The notes below the pieces were generated by a model. It saw only the letters and a list, made by a program, of their open reading frames with translations. It had not been told where the DNA came from and did no database searches. The position numbers and the translations under genes were made by a program. Below, piece after piece: positions 10,681 to 20,033 of a DNA stretch of 64,000 nt (within the stretch, counting starts at the first letter, position 1; every line of letters begins with the position of its first letter). The stretch covers positions 9,998-73,997 of the forward strand of contig CAVXRU010000037.1 of NCBI GenBank assembly GCA_963763905.1. The letters are read 5' to 3'. This DNA comes from an uncultured Acidobacteriaceae bacterium (GTDB lineage: Bacteria; Acidobacteriota; Terriglobia; Terriglobales; Acidobacteriaceae).

Positions 10681-10736
10681 CCCTCATCTCTTGGGTTGTT
10701 CATCGACGTTACGCTCATGCGTGGCTGGTTCTCACA

Positions 10737-11657
10737 ATGATGAAATCTCCTGAAGTGACCATCGTCATACCCGTGTATAACGGCGCACGCTATCTCGGGG
10801 AGACGATTCATTCGTTTCTTTCGCAGAGCTTCAAGAATTTCGAATTGCTGGCAATTGACGATGGAAGCACCGATGCTTCAAGCGATATCGTCCGATCATT
10901 TAAGGATGACCGGGTTCGATTGATCCGCCAGAAAAATAGCGGGCTCGTCTATACGTTGAACCGCGGAATCGAGGAAGCAAGCGCACCTTATATTGCTCGT
11001 AGCGATCAGGATGATATTAGTTTTCCGGATCGGCTTGAACGTCAGATCAACACGATAAACAGCCATCCGGATGTGGTCGGGGTGCTCTCCTACTACATCA
11101 AGTTTGGGAGCAGGCATCGTTGGTTGAACTCTGACAAGTTCACCGTTGTCAAATCTCAGGTGACGAAATACGAGCCGCTCAAGGATGGTTGTCTATTAGC
11201 GTCGACGTTATTGGCTAAGACCGGAGCATTGAGATCGATTCACGGATATAGACAGGATTATTATCCTGCCGACGACTTTGACCTCGAGTGCCGTTTAGCG
11301 GAAGCAGGTAAAGTTCTGGTTATGCGGGAGCCATTGGTTGCGTATCGCTTTCACGCTGGGTCGAATACATATCAAGTATTTGCCGATATGCGACAGAAAA
11401 CGAATTGGACACGCGATTCGTATCATCGGCGTTCCCAAAATCTTGAAGAACTTACGTTTGATCAATTCCTGGCTGCCCAGCCACAAAGTATGGTTCGGAA
11501 TCGCGTCGATACAGCCAGACTGCAGATGCGTATCGCGGGCCAACACTATTTAGACGGCCGCTATTTGCGTTCCGCCGGTCACTTACTGGCCGCACTAACA
11601 CTCGATCCAAAAGAAATTTTTGAACGTGTCATGCAAGCTGCAGGGCTCTCTTCCTGA
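10737..11657 (+). CDS. family-2 glycosyltransferase
   Basis: Start chosen at ATGATG (10737). VTIVIPVYNGARYLGETIHSFLSQSFKNFELLAIDDGSTDAS plus a DQDD (DXD-type) motif. Confidence 0.88.
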   Translation: MMKSPEVTIVIPVYNGARYLGETIHSFLSQSFKNFELLAIDDGSTDASSDIVRSFKDDRVRLIRQKNSGLVYTLNRGIEEASAPYIARSDQDDISFPDRLERQINTINSHPDVVGVLSYYIKFGSRHRWLNSDKFTVVKSQVTKYEPLKDGCLLASTLLAKTGALRSIHGYRQDYYPADDFDLECRLAEAGKVLVMREPLVAYRFHAGSNTYQVFADMRQKTNWTRDSYHRRSQNLEELTFDQFLAAQPQSMVRNRVDTARLQMRIAGQHYLDGRYLRSAGHLLAALTLDPKEIFERVMQAAGLSS

Positions 11658-11659
11658 AT

Positions 11660-11902
11660 ATCGGCGAACGCGGGAGCAAGCCATTGGTCGTTGTCGTCGT
11701 TTTTGACGGTGCGGCCGTCGCGTCCGCGATAGCGGACGATGTAGGGCGGGTCGGTCAACACAAAATCAACGCTGTCGGCGCCGAGGCTGCGCATACCCTC
11801 TCGAGGATGACCGAAATCAACCTTCGACCATTTTTGCGGCCACAGCTCGATGTTCTGTTTGTGGCGCTCAACCCGCCGACACAGTCCAACGAGAGAGGCC
11901 AT
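11660..11902 (-). pseudogene. N-terminal relic of an N4/N6 DNA methyltransferase
   Basis: GADSVDFVLTDPPYIVRYRGRDGRTVKNDDNDQWLAPAF carries the DPPY catalytic motif of N6_N4_Mtase enzymes. Only about 80 residues remain before the ORF runs into the 3-prime end of the GT2 gene. Confidence 0.55.
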
Positions 11903-11963
11903 TACTTCTCCGGTCGCGGTTCCCGCTTTTTTCGCCTCTTGTACTTGAGCGGGCTATCGATCT

Positions 11964-12596
11964 GTGCTGCGCTCGGTGGCCCGCGACCATTGGCGATATG
12001 AAAGATGGGCGGCGGTGCCAGGCTGGGTCTCGGACAGAATCTATTTTCTCGTTCTACCTGCCGGGATCGGATTTGCTGGAGCCGGCGCGTTAAAAGGCGA
12101 TGCTGAATCTTGCCACGCCGGCGCTACATACCATCTCCGCTCTGGAGTGCTTCTCCTGCCGGTCCTTGCAAGTGAGCGAATATCGGGTGGAACGCACGCG
12201 ACGAACAGAACAATCAGGCTCTTCCTGTTGCTATGTTTCTCGGCTGCGCCTTTTATCTGGAACTTCTCTGGGGCTTTCGATAGGCAAATCTTCCGCGAGC
12301 CTTATCCAGGCGGATATTTCCGGTACGCTTCCTGGCCACTGCGGTTTGTGGGTCTGCTGCCGACGGCGCAGAGTGCGCAGGTAGTGATCGGAGGCTCTCT
12401 TCGCGCTCTGGAACGGCCGAATCCGATGTTCTGTTCGTCTGCACGTGGTGGAATCTCCGCGGTCGCCCTCGGTGTCCCGCTTGCTTTACATTTCGGGATT
12501 GGAGGAGCACTGCTGGGAATGCTCATCTCCTATGCATTGATGGGAGCTCTGAGGGTGGTATTTCTGGCTCGATTTTCCCGTTGGGAACAGGTGTAA
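11964..12596 (+). pseudogene. probable C-terminal fragment of a Wzx-type polysaccharide flippase
   Basis: The 210-aa ORF is hydrophobic with Gly-rich helices (GFAGAGALK, GVPLALHFGIGGALLGMLISYALMGAL), like the last 4-5 TM segments of MOP flippases. It has no N-terminal half. Confidence 0.35.
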
Positions 12597-12602
12597 GAAG
12601 AA

Positions 12603-12845
12603 GATGAAAATACTGATTTCGGCTTATCACTGCGAACCTTTAAGGGGTCCGAACTTGCAGTGAGATGGAACTGGGTACTGCAACTGGCAAAGTACCACGA
12701 TGTTGTGTTCACTGAAACTGGATGGCGCGAAGCCATTGAGAGGAGCCTGGCCCGGAATCCGATTCCACGGTTGACATTCATCTATATTGAGCTGCCCTCC
12801 TGGGGCGCTCTTTTGGGAGAAAGGCCGCGGTACGGTTGAGAATGC
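12603..12845 (+). pseudogene. N-terminal relic of a GT4 glycosyltransferase (paralog of 25664-26980)
   Basis: MKILISAYHCEP..., then a stop and frameshift, then WNWVLQLAKYHDVVFTETGWREAIERSLARNPIPRLTFIYIELP. This parallels MRILIVGHACAPGLGSEPGSTWNWAWHMSRTHQVWVIAHPEY...RVRFIWV. Confidence 0.55.
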
Positions 12846-12929
12846 TTGGGACCCGACGAGTGATGGTGCACTCACAATTCGCAATGACCCCGCGGCTTCA
12901 CCGATGAGGCAACGCGCCTCCTCGGGTAA

Positions 12930-13395
12930 ACAGGGTGCGGTCTATCCGGACCAGCTCCATCGGGCGCTGCGGCTGTAGGGAAGAGACGCTGAGCGGTCCG
13001 AGCTTTTCGCGCGCTCTCTTCGCACCATCGCGCCGGTGCAGCGTGGTGCGTGCGTCCACAGCTTCCACACGCCGTCTTACGGTGCGTTAGGTGGGGACTG
13101 CTAAAACCCGCTCCGCAAAGCGCCGCTGCTTCGGCGACGTTCTCTGCGCTAAGTCTCGGTTGCTCTGCTAAGGGGACGAATGACTGTTTCCCGCCGCAGA
13201 GCCACACCCCAGGCCCCCCTCGCCATGGGCGCACTGTCGTTCGTGGTGCCCCGCCTGCTGAGCACCTTCCTGATCGAAAGGTGCTCAGCATCAAGCGGTC
13301 AGCAGCCGCGAGCCCGGCAACCGGCTCGGCCAAGGCGCATGACCTGGAGCAAAAAACGCTCATCAGCCTGGCGCTGCGCGACGAAGGCAAATAAG
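12930..13395 (+). mobile_element. degenerate N-terminal relic of an IS66-family transposase (tentative)
   Basis: Across shifting frames: QLHRALRL*GRDAERS (compare the IS66 L-R-R-x-x-F-G-x-x-S-E-R box) and PPRHGRTVVRGAPPAEHLPDRKV (compare HGR-x-PLPxHLPRE). Confidence 0.3.
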
Positions 13396-13485
13396 CAAGA
13401 ATACGAGTGACAATCTAATGACATTTAGAGGTGCCATTATCATCTAACCTAGTCTAGCCGTCCCCCCACGAAAGTACGCCGAAAC

Positions 13486-14053
13486 TTGGTGAACCTCTCC
13501 GCAATTTTGGAGTGTGTGGAGCGGCCGATGTGTCTCCCGCAGCAGTTCGACCGAAACGTGTCCGCCTCTCCGTATGCTTTAGCGATCACTTGTGAAGGGC
13601 AGCGGATCACTTACAACGACCTGAATCGCAGCGCCGAACAGATCGCAGACGGATTGCGTGAAGCGGGTGTAGGGGATGGCTGCCTGGTCGGGGTGCTTCT
13701 CGATCGATCCCCGGAGATGGTTGCTGGGCTGCTAGGCATATGGAAAGCGGGCGGTGCCTACCTCTAGTTCGCTGCTCGGAGCGGAAGGATTTCTCGTGCT
13801 CGCCGTACGCGACTACCAATTGAGGTCTTATCCCGGAAATGCAACACTATTCATCGCCCAGGACGAGCTGCGCTCCGATGCTGAGCCCGAGATAGCATGG
13901 GCAGGCCACATTCTCGGTGTGTGTGAAACGCAAATGATTCCCGGAACGGATCAAACGATGCTCGCCAGGCCACAGGTAATCTCACTCGCCCGGGAGATCA
14001 GGCAGAGTCTGGGGCGCAGTGTGCCGTCAGCCGTTAGCAGCGTTGTGGTTTGA
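13486..14053 (+). pseudogene. NRPS relic: adenylation-domain N-terminus joined to a thioesterase C-terminus
   Basis: 13486-13767: QFDRNVSASPYALAITCEGQRITYNDLNRSAEQIADGLREAGVGDGCLVGVLLDRSPEMVAGLLGIWKAGGAYL (A1/A2 core motifs), then a stop. 13754-14053: YPGNATLFIAQDE...ETQMIPGTDQTMLARPQVISLAREI, like a type-I TE domain tail. Confidence 0.5.
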
Positions 14054-14580
14054 GTACGGAACGGTCTTCCGAGAGAGGCCGTAGTAGCGGTTAAGGAAGA
14101 AAAGAGCCGAATTCGTTTCATCTCCGTAGGTGGCTTGGTCAGCGATCTCCGCGGCGATTGGGGCCATTGCAGCGCGAGGATCGCTCTTTCAGAGCGCCAA
14201 CCCATGCCGGAGATTTAATAAATCAAGCGCGGACCAAGTCAAGCATCCCGAGACGAGAGGGTCAAGTGGGGTACCGCCACCGGCAGCAGTGCCCCCACCA
14301 TAACATGCTAAACAGCTACGAGCTGGCGTTTAATTAAGGAAAACTGTACATAGCAGCAAATATTAAGTGAGACTGTACGTGCCCGCTAGATTGCTTCTCA
14401 TCTCTTTTAATGGAGCTTGCTCGTGGTGGCGGAGCGGAGGTAACAGCCGCGACCCAAGTTCGGTTTTCGCGTTCCGTTTGCAGTGCACATTTGCTGATAA
14501 TAAGATCGATACCTCGAATGAGATCTGAGAAAGCGCCGACGGCCATCGCGCCGCGGGACTGCACAGCAAGGGAGAATGTG

Positions 14581-16335
14581 ATGATACCAACGGAGTTCTC
14601 TGACCGGAGACCAGAATCAGCTCTGCGTTCCGCGGCGCTCAATCGCACCATCGCGGTCATCGCCGCGGCAATCATGTTGTTGCGCGTCGCCCATACGATG
14701 TTTCTGTTCAACAACACAGTCGACGAGCCGTTCCACATAGCATCGGCTGTGGTCATGTACGATGTAGGAAAAGAGAGTTCCGGTGTCGAGCAGCCGCCCC
14801 TGACCCGCATCGTGGCTGGGCTGCCACTCTATCTTCGCGGCGTGCACCTGCCGCCCACCGAAGTTACGACCGCCGTCGTCCCAATGCGCGATACTTATCT
14901 TCAAGGGACGCAAGTTCTCTTCCACAGCAATTTGAGTTATTGGCAGGTGCTGAGAACCGCTCGCCTGAGCATGCTGATTTTCCCGCTGGTCGCATTGCTG
15001 TATCTCTACCTTTTTGCGGCATGGATCGGCAACGAATTCATCGCCGCGATGTCGGTTGTCTTCTTCAGTCTGGACCCGACGTTTATAGGACATTCGGCGT
15101 GGGTCGCCAACGACGTGGCGGCCTGTGCGGGCTACCTCGCTGCAACCTATCACGGACTGCGGTGGGTGATGCTGGGTGGCCTTCGACGCGCGGCCGCAAT
15201 GGGTATCGCTGTCGGTGCGGCGATCGCCGCCAAATTCTCCTGTATCTTCGTCGTTCCTGCGATCATGTTGCTGCTGATGGTCCAGCCGCTGTCGCCGTAC
15301 ATGGGCGAATTGCCGAAAACGTTGCGGGCTTACTTTCGTCGTTGGCCTTCCATCGGGCAGATGGCAGCGGCGGCTCTCGTCGCAGGTGTCACTCTTTGGG
15401 GCACCTATTTCTTCAACGTGGACCGGATGAACAACCAGACCATCTTTAGCGACGTTCGGTCTGCCTTTCTGCACCTTCCCTTGCGCATCCGCAATGCGGA
15501 AGTTCCGATGCCCAGCTTTGAACTGGGCATGATGAAGCTGATCTCGCATAATAAAGCAAACGATGGCTACCTGAACGGCCGGTTCAGTGGGGCTGGATGG
15601 TGGTACTACTTTCCCGAAGCGATTGCGCTCAAAGAGCCAATCGGGCTGCTGGGAGGATTGCTAGCGGCCGGGTTGTTATTGTTCGCGCCGGCACACCGGC
15701 GGGATTGGTGGAGGATTACGGCCATCCTGATCCCTCCCGCCGTCTTGTTGGCTGTGGCGATGACAGCCCATATCGACATCGGAATCCGCCACGTGCTCCC
15801 GGTGTTGCCTTTTCTTTATCTGTTCGCCTGTTTCCAGCTGACCCGCGCCGGAACTAAAGGCTTGGCGTTGCTGGCCGTCCTGATCGCCACAGCCATGATC
15901 GAATCAGCGTGGATCGCGCCCAATTATGCGGAGTTCTACAATGTAATCGCAGGTGGACCAGCTCAAGGCGCGAAGTACCTCATCGACAGCAATATCGACT
16001 GGGGTCAGGACGTAGCCCGGCTTGCCGAATGGCTCCATTCCGATCAAGCTCGAGGGCGGAGCTATTCCCTTCGGCTATACATGTTTCCCGACAAGAGCTT
16101 GTGTCGCACGCTTGGACTGGATCCGGCGGCACTGTTCCGCAGTCCAGATAGCGGTGGGTTACTCGCGATTAGCAAGAATGTTCGGTACGGCTTGGGGGCT
16201 GGGCTGTCAGAAGACTGGCTTGACCAACCCAAGGACGACTACGGCTGGCTCTCGGAATACCCGATTGTCAAGCAAATCGGTTACTCGATAGACGTGTACG
16301 ATTTAGATGCCCCCCTTCGACGCTCTGCCCGATGA
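14581..16335 (+). CDS. GT-C-fold membrane glycosyltransferase (ArnT/PMT, GT39/GT83-like)
   Basis: Start placed at ATG 14581, after GGGAGA. It has more than 10 predicted TM helices. The first-loop acidic motif is NNTVDEPFHIASAVVMYD. The soluble C-terminal domain ends in GYSIDVYDL. Confidence 0.7.
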   Translation: MIPTEFSDRRPESALRSAALNRTIAVIAAAIMLLRVAHTMFLFNNTVDEPFHIASAVVMYDVGKESSGVEQPPLTRIVAGLPLYLRGVHLPPTEVTTAVVPMRDTYLQGTQVLFHSNLSYWQVLRTARLSMLIFPLVALLYLYLFAAWIGNEFIAAMSVVFFSLDPTFIGHSAWVANDVAACAGYLAATYHGLRWVMLGGLRRAAAMGIAVGAAIAAKFSCIFVVPAIMLLLMVQPLSPYMGELPKTLRAYFRRWPSIGQMAAAALVAGVTLWGTYFFNVDRMNNQTIFSDVRSAFLHLPLRIRNAEVPMPSFELGMMKLISHNKANDGYLNGRFSGAGWWYYFPEAIALKEPIGLLGGLLAAGLLLFAPAHRRDWWRITAILIPPAVLLAVAMTAHIDIGIRHVLPVLPFLYLFACFQLTRAGTKGLALLAVLIATAMIESAWIAPNYAEFYNVIAGGPAQGAKYLIDSNIDWGQDVARLAEWLHSDQARGRSYSLRLYMFPDKSLCRTLGLDPAALFRSPDSGGLLAISKNVRYGLGAGLSEDWLDQPKDDYGWLSEYPIVKQIGYSIDVYDLDAPLRRSAR

Positions 16336-16442
16336 TTTCCAATCAGCCCCCAAAGCGGCGGCTGAAATAACCGAGGATGCAGTCCTAACTAAGCTAGGTA
16401 TTCTCGTCCATTCTCCAAACCCTTACCGCGTCTCGGGCAACC

Positions 16443-16455
16443 TTCAGCCGTCCCT
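16443..16455. repeat. copy of short REP core AGGGACGGCTGAA (inverted here)
   Basis: TTCAGCCGTCCCT at 16443-16455. The same core occurs at 43049-43061 and 52296-52307, embedded in longer REP-like sequence. Confidence 0.5.
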
Positions 16456-16681
16456 GCCACCCATGCTGGTTAAGCCCTGAGGTACGTTTTTGAGGGCACG
16501 GGCTTTACAGACCGCGGGAAAAGGCCCGAGACGAAGGGCACGGCTTCAGACATCAAAGTTCATCAAGGTACCTAATCGCTCGCGAAAAAGGGAGACCCGA
16601 AACCAGGACAGTTGTTTCGAGTGCGATACCTCCCTGCCATCCTGCTGTTCTATCTCGACGGAGAACTGCAAGCTTCCTTGT

Positions 16682-16994
16682 CTATGGTATCTTTTTGCGC
16701 AGGTGGGTCGGGCTCAGCCTCATCTTCAAAATGCGATTAGCAGGCTGTTCAAGGATCTTGAACAGCATAGAGGAGAAGGAAACTACAAAAAGCAGGTAGC
16801 AGACCGTCCAGGCAACACCAGACGGTTTAAGCGCGAAGAGTCTCTCAGTGATTGTGTTCATCCAGAATAACAATGGGACGTGCATAATTTACATTGCGTA
16901 GCTTGCATTTCCCAGGAAAACCAGCGGTGGAAAGCAACCGGCTGAAAGCCCCACCCCCTAGGGCAAATCCCAAAATGATAAGCGAGTGAAGCAT
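16682..16994 (-). pseudogene. C-terminal relic of an acyltransferase-3 family O-acyltransferase
   Basis: The minus strand reads GNASYAM*IMHVPLLFWMNTITERLF...LLFVVSFSSMLFKILEQPANRIL. This is the LGxxSYxxYLxHxP box with an in-frame TAA. The N-terminal roughly 250 aa are absent. Confidence 0.5.
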
Positions 16995-16999
16995 TGTCT

Positions 17000-17448
17000 G
17001 CCTGCAGTTACATCCTGAGTTGTGCCATCGCTCAGATGTGCCATGGCTTTCAGAGCTGCCGACCGCCTACCTGTACGGATGAAGGAGTTGCTGTGACCGT
17101 GAGGGAATCCAAACTCTGGGACTAGGGATTACTACATCCTGCTAACAAAATTAACAAACCACACAGGAGCCCGGAACACACTCGTGGCGTGGGGGATACG
17201 CATTGATTGCCTCGTCAAGTGGAAATTCGAAGCATCGCGGCCTCGGGAAAGAAGGCTATTTCAAAGGCGCGAACAGGCTGTCGCATCCTTGAGATACGTC
17301 GTGCCGCCGGCGAAATTTGCTGGCCTATTGGTGCTATTATCCGCGCGCGGGGGGCACGGCAATCACACCGATGAGGTATTACGTAAGTTTGTAAACCAAT
17401 GATTATAAATGAGTTGAGGTTGACGTTTTTGCTCGGCAACCGAGTATC
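17000..17448 (-). repeat. inverted partial duplicate of 33016-33469 (upstream leader plus first about 68 codons of the giant lipoprotein gene), decayed
   Basis: The reverse complement aligns by eye: GAGCAAAAAC..TTTATAATCA..TTTACAAACTTACGTAATACCT.ATCGGTGTGATTGCC...ATGCGTAT...GGATTCCCTCACGGTCACAGCAAC...GATGTAACTGCAGGCA. The coding part (ATG at 17203) has stops and frameshifts. Confidence 0.7.
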
Positions 17449-17848
17449 TCGGGGTCTTGTTGTGCCGAATTTCTACATGTGTGGGAGCTGCAGAGGGGTT
17501 AGTGGGCTGATGTTGTTAACGGCACTTACGGATCGCAAATAAGCGAAAGGAAAGTACGCTTTAGCGCGTGTAACATTCGTTGAGCTGCTTAGGGTGACTA
17601 CCGTCAGTGCGAACAGAAAGATGTCGATATTTTCTGCCTCTATATAGGTTAACTTGAAATGCTCTGATATCCCACCAAAGGGTTAATGATTGCTGGAGAC
17701 GTGACTTACGAGGTTAGGTTCAATCGTCCATGCGCGCAGTGTGTATCCATAGTTTTCGCGGTATGCTAGATCGTGTGTTCGACGGAATGACCAAGGTCTC
17801 ACCTCGAACCTGAGCAGGATCGCACAGGAACTTTATGCACCGGAGGTA

Positions 17849-18697
17849 GTGTCAATGGGTAAGGAACTTCGACGAAAGGTACAGTTAACCTTCGGTCGTG
17901 TTGTCAACAGCGCGAAGGCTCGAACACCGAAGCTGGTATATCGATGTGTCAGGTTCGGGTGGCATCAACTGACGTCAACGCTTGATCGATTCGGATTCCG
18001 CAGACTAGCTTGGCGATGGCGCCTCCCTACGGAAGTTGGTCATTGGGACATTTGGCTGAGCACCCGTGGGATGAGCGATCCAGCAGATTTTGCTCGCCGC
18101 ATCGCACATGATCAGCCTCTCCAGGAGCATCTCAAGAAGCTGCTCCCGCAGTCTGATGTACGAGCCTATCGAATCCTCGATATCGGCGCTGGACCTCTCA
18201 CGACGGTTGGGAAGGTGTGTGATGGCCGTAAGCTAGACTTAGTTTGCATCGATCCTTTGGCGTCAGTGTACGATGTACTGCTTGAGAAGAATGGGATAAC
18301 ACCGCCTGTGCGGACCAAATTCGGAGAAGCCGAACAAGTCGGCCAGATGTTCGAGGAGAGTTCGTTCGACTTGGTCCATGCGGCCAACTCTCTCGATCAC
18401 GCGCATGATCCGGTTGCAGCGATCAAAGCAGCTGCTCGCCTCGTTAGGCCCGGCGGGCACGTATTTCTTGAGCACATCCTTAACGAAGGCGATCGAGAGC
18501 ACTATGGCGGCCTTCACCAGTGGAACTTTGGAGTAGAGGGTGATTCGTTTACGATCGCATCCAGTGCCGGACAGACGACAAACATGGCGAAAGAGCTCGC
18601 TGGCCTAGGTTGGGTCAGGCACTCGATTTACGAAATTGAAGACCCACGGACCGGGCGTACATTGGCCATCCTGACCGTACAGATTCGGCGGATTTAA
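17849..18697 (+). CDS. class I SAM-dependent methyltransferase
   Basis: 282 aa. Motif I ILDIGAGPLTTVGK; post-I/II FDLVHAANSLDHAHDP; LVRPGGHVFLEH. Confidence 0.75.
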   Translation: MSMGKELRRKVQLTFGRVVNSAKARTPKLVYRCVRFGWHQLTSTLDRFGFRRLAWRWRLPTEVGHWDIWLSTRGMSDPADFARRIAHDQPLQEHLKKLLPQSDVRAYRILDIGAGPLTTVGKVCDGRKLDLVCIDPLASVYDVLLEKNGITPPVRTKFGEAEQVGQMFEESSFDLVHAANSLDHAHDPVAAIKAAARLVRPGGHVFLEHILNEGDREHYGGLHQWNFGVEGDSFTIASSAGQTTNMAKELAGLGWVRHSIYEIEDPRTGRTLAILTVQIRRI

Positions 18698-18806
18698 TTA
18701 GATGTGCACAACCCACATTCTTGGGAATATTCCTTGCTCCTCTACTCGCCGCAGCCGTGAGAATTTTCCGTTCTGTTAGTGTTGCTATCCGCGCCAGTCG
18801 GACCCT

Positions 18807-19783
18807 GTGACAATCACACCGATTGGGTATTATGCAAGATTTAAGATCCTAATTTTAAAGACGTTGCACGTGCTCCGGCTCCGAGCAGCACGCTGGGCGG
18901 CGCTGGTGAAGACGCAAAAAGAGGTCACCTCGCTCTCTCTGTTCGGTTCGCAGGTGATTGGCTCTACAGCAGTTGCCCTCTTTGGCCGCCTCGCGGATTT
19001 GGTGCGGCCCTATCTGGCCGCACGGCGAATCACTCTTTCCGTGAGTTCGCAGACTGCAGTCTACACGTTAGAGCAGATGTTCGATATGGGGACAACTGGG
19101 TTGATCTTTTCCATAGCTTTGCTGCTGGCACCGGACCGCGCAACGTTGCCGCACCACGATGCTCTGCAACATACGGCATTGGGCGCACTGGCTGTCACGG
19201 TCGCGCTGATCATCTTCGCCGTCAGCGTACGCGCCTGGGGCGGAGCGATCGCCAGCCGGGCAGAAAAAAACCTGGGCCTACTTTCGACTGCGGTCGGCCA
19301 TTCAGCGCGGGTCAGAATCCTGGCCTTTCGAGATGGTCTTCATTCGATTGCTAAGTTCGGTGACCTGCTCCGATCCTTCGGGCTGTCGTTCCTCTTGTGG
19401 TGCTTGATGATCGCGGCTTACCTTGAGATCCCCCACGCTTTCGTGCTTTCGCCGGAGCTGTCTTCGATGACGCTCGCACGTTGTATGGTCTTAATGGCTG
19501 CGGGCATGGTCGGATCGGTCGTCCGACTGCCGGTACTTGCGTACTTGGGTGGTTCACCCAAATTGTTGTCACCACAGGCGTCATGCAGAATTCCTTCCAT
19601 GTGCAATTCGAGCCTGCGCTTGCCTGCGGCACGATGCTGCTGATTGTGACCTTTATGAGCGTCATACCGCTGGGACTGATCTGGGCCCGTGTCGAGCATG
19701 TTTCACTGAAGAAGGTATCCGAACAGTCGGAGCATTTTGGCTCGGCCGAGGTGGACCCGGACCCTGCGGTCAACGAAGCATAA
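18807..19783 (+). pseudogene. frameshifted LPG_synthase_TM / UPF0104 flippase-like membrane protein gene
   Basis: ORF 18807-19643 holds multiple TM helices (FGRLADLVRPYLAAR, as in the family). Near 19550 the hydrophobic reading moves to the frame of ORF 19481-19783 (VMQNSFHVQFEPALACGTMLLIVTFMSVIPLGLIWA). Confidence 0.45.
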
Positions 19784-20033
19784 AAACGGAAGCCGCTATC
19801 CTTGAAGCGTTGAGCCCCTCGCCATCCGCCATCCTCTAGCGATCAGTCGAGCTCGGTAGCTCCAAATGGGCTTCGCTAAAGCTGGATGATCAAGGCTCCG
19901 GATCCTGTGTTCAGGTGTTCAGGCTCTCGAATGGGTCGAATGCCTTCGACCGGCCTTGCACGATGTATCGCGCTGGATTTCTGCGGGTATCACTTCTGGA
20001 ACTTTCAATCGGCCCGCAAGCAATGACACACTA

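Noticed and set aside
12872-13390. 172-aa minus-strand ORF
   Set aside because: It has an Arg/Ala/Cys/Pro-rich shadow-frame composition. The opposite strand carries the more interpretable, though weak, IS66-like relic.
14617-15549. 310-aa minus-strand ORF
   Set aside because: It is antisense to the GT-C-like membrane protein gene. It is highly charged, Arg/Asp/His-rich and shows no motifs.
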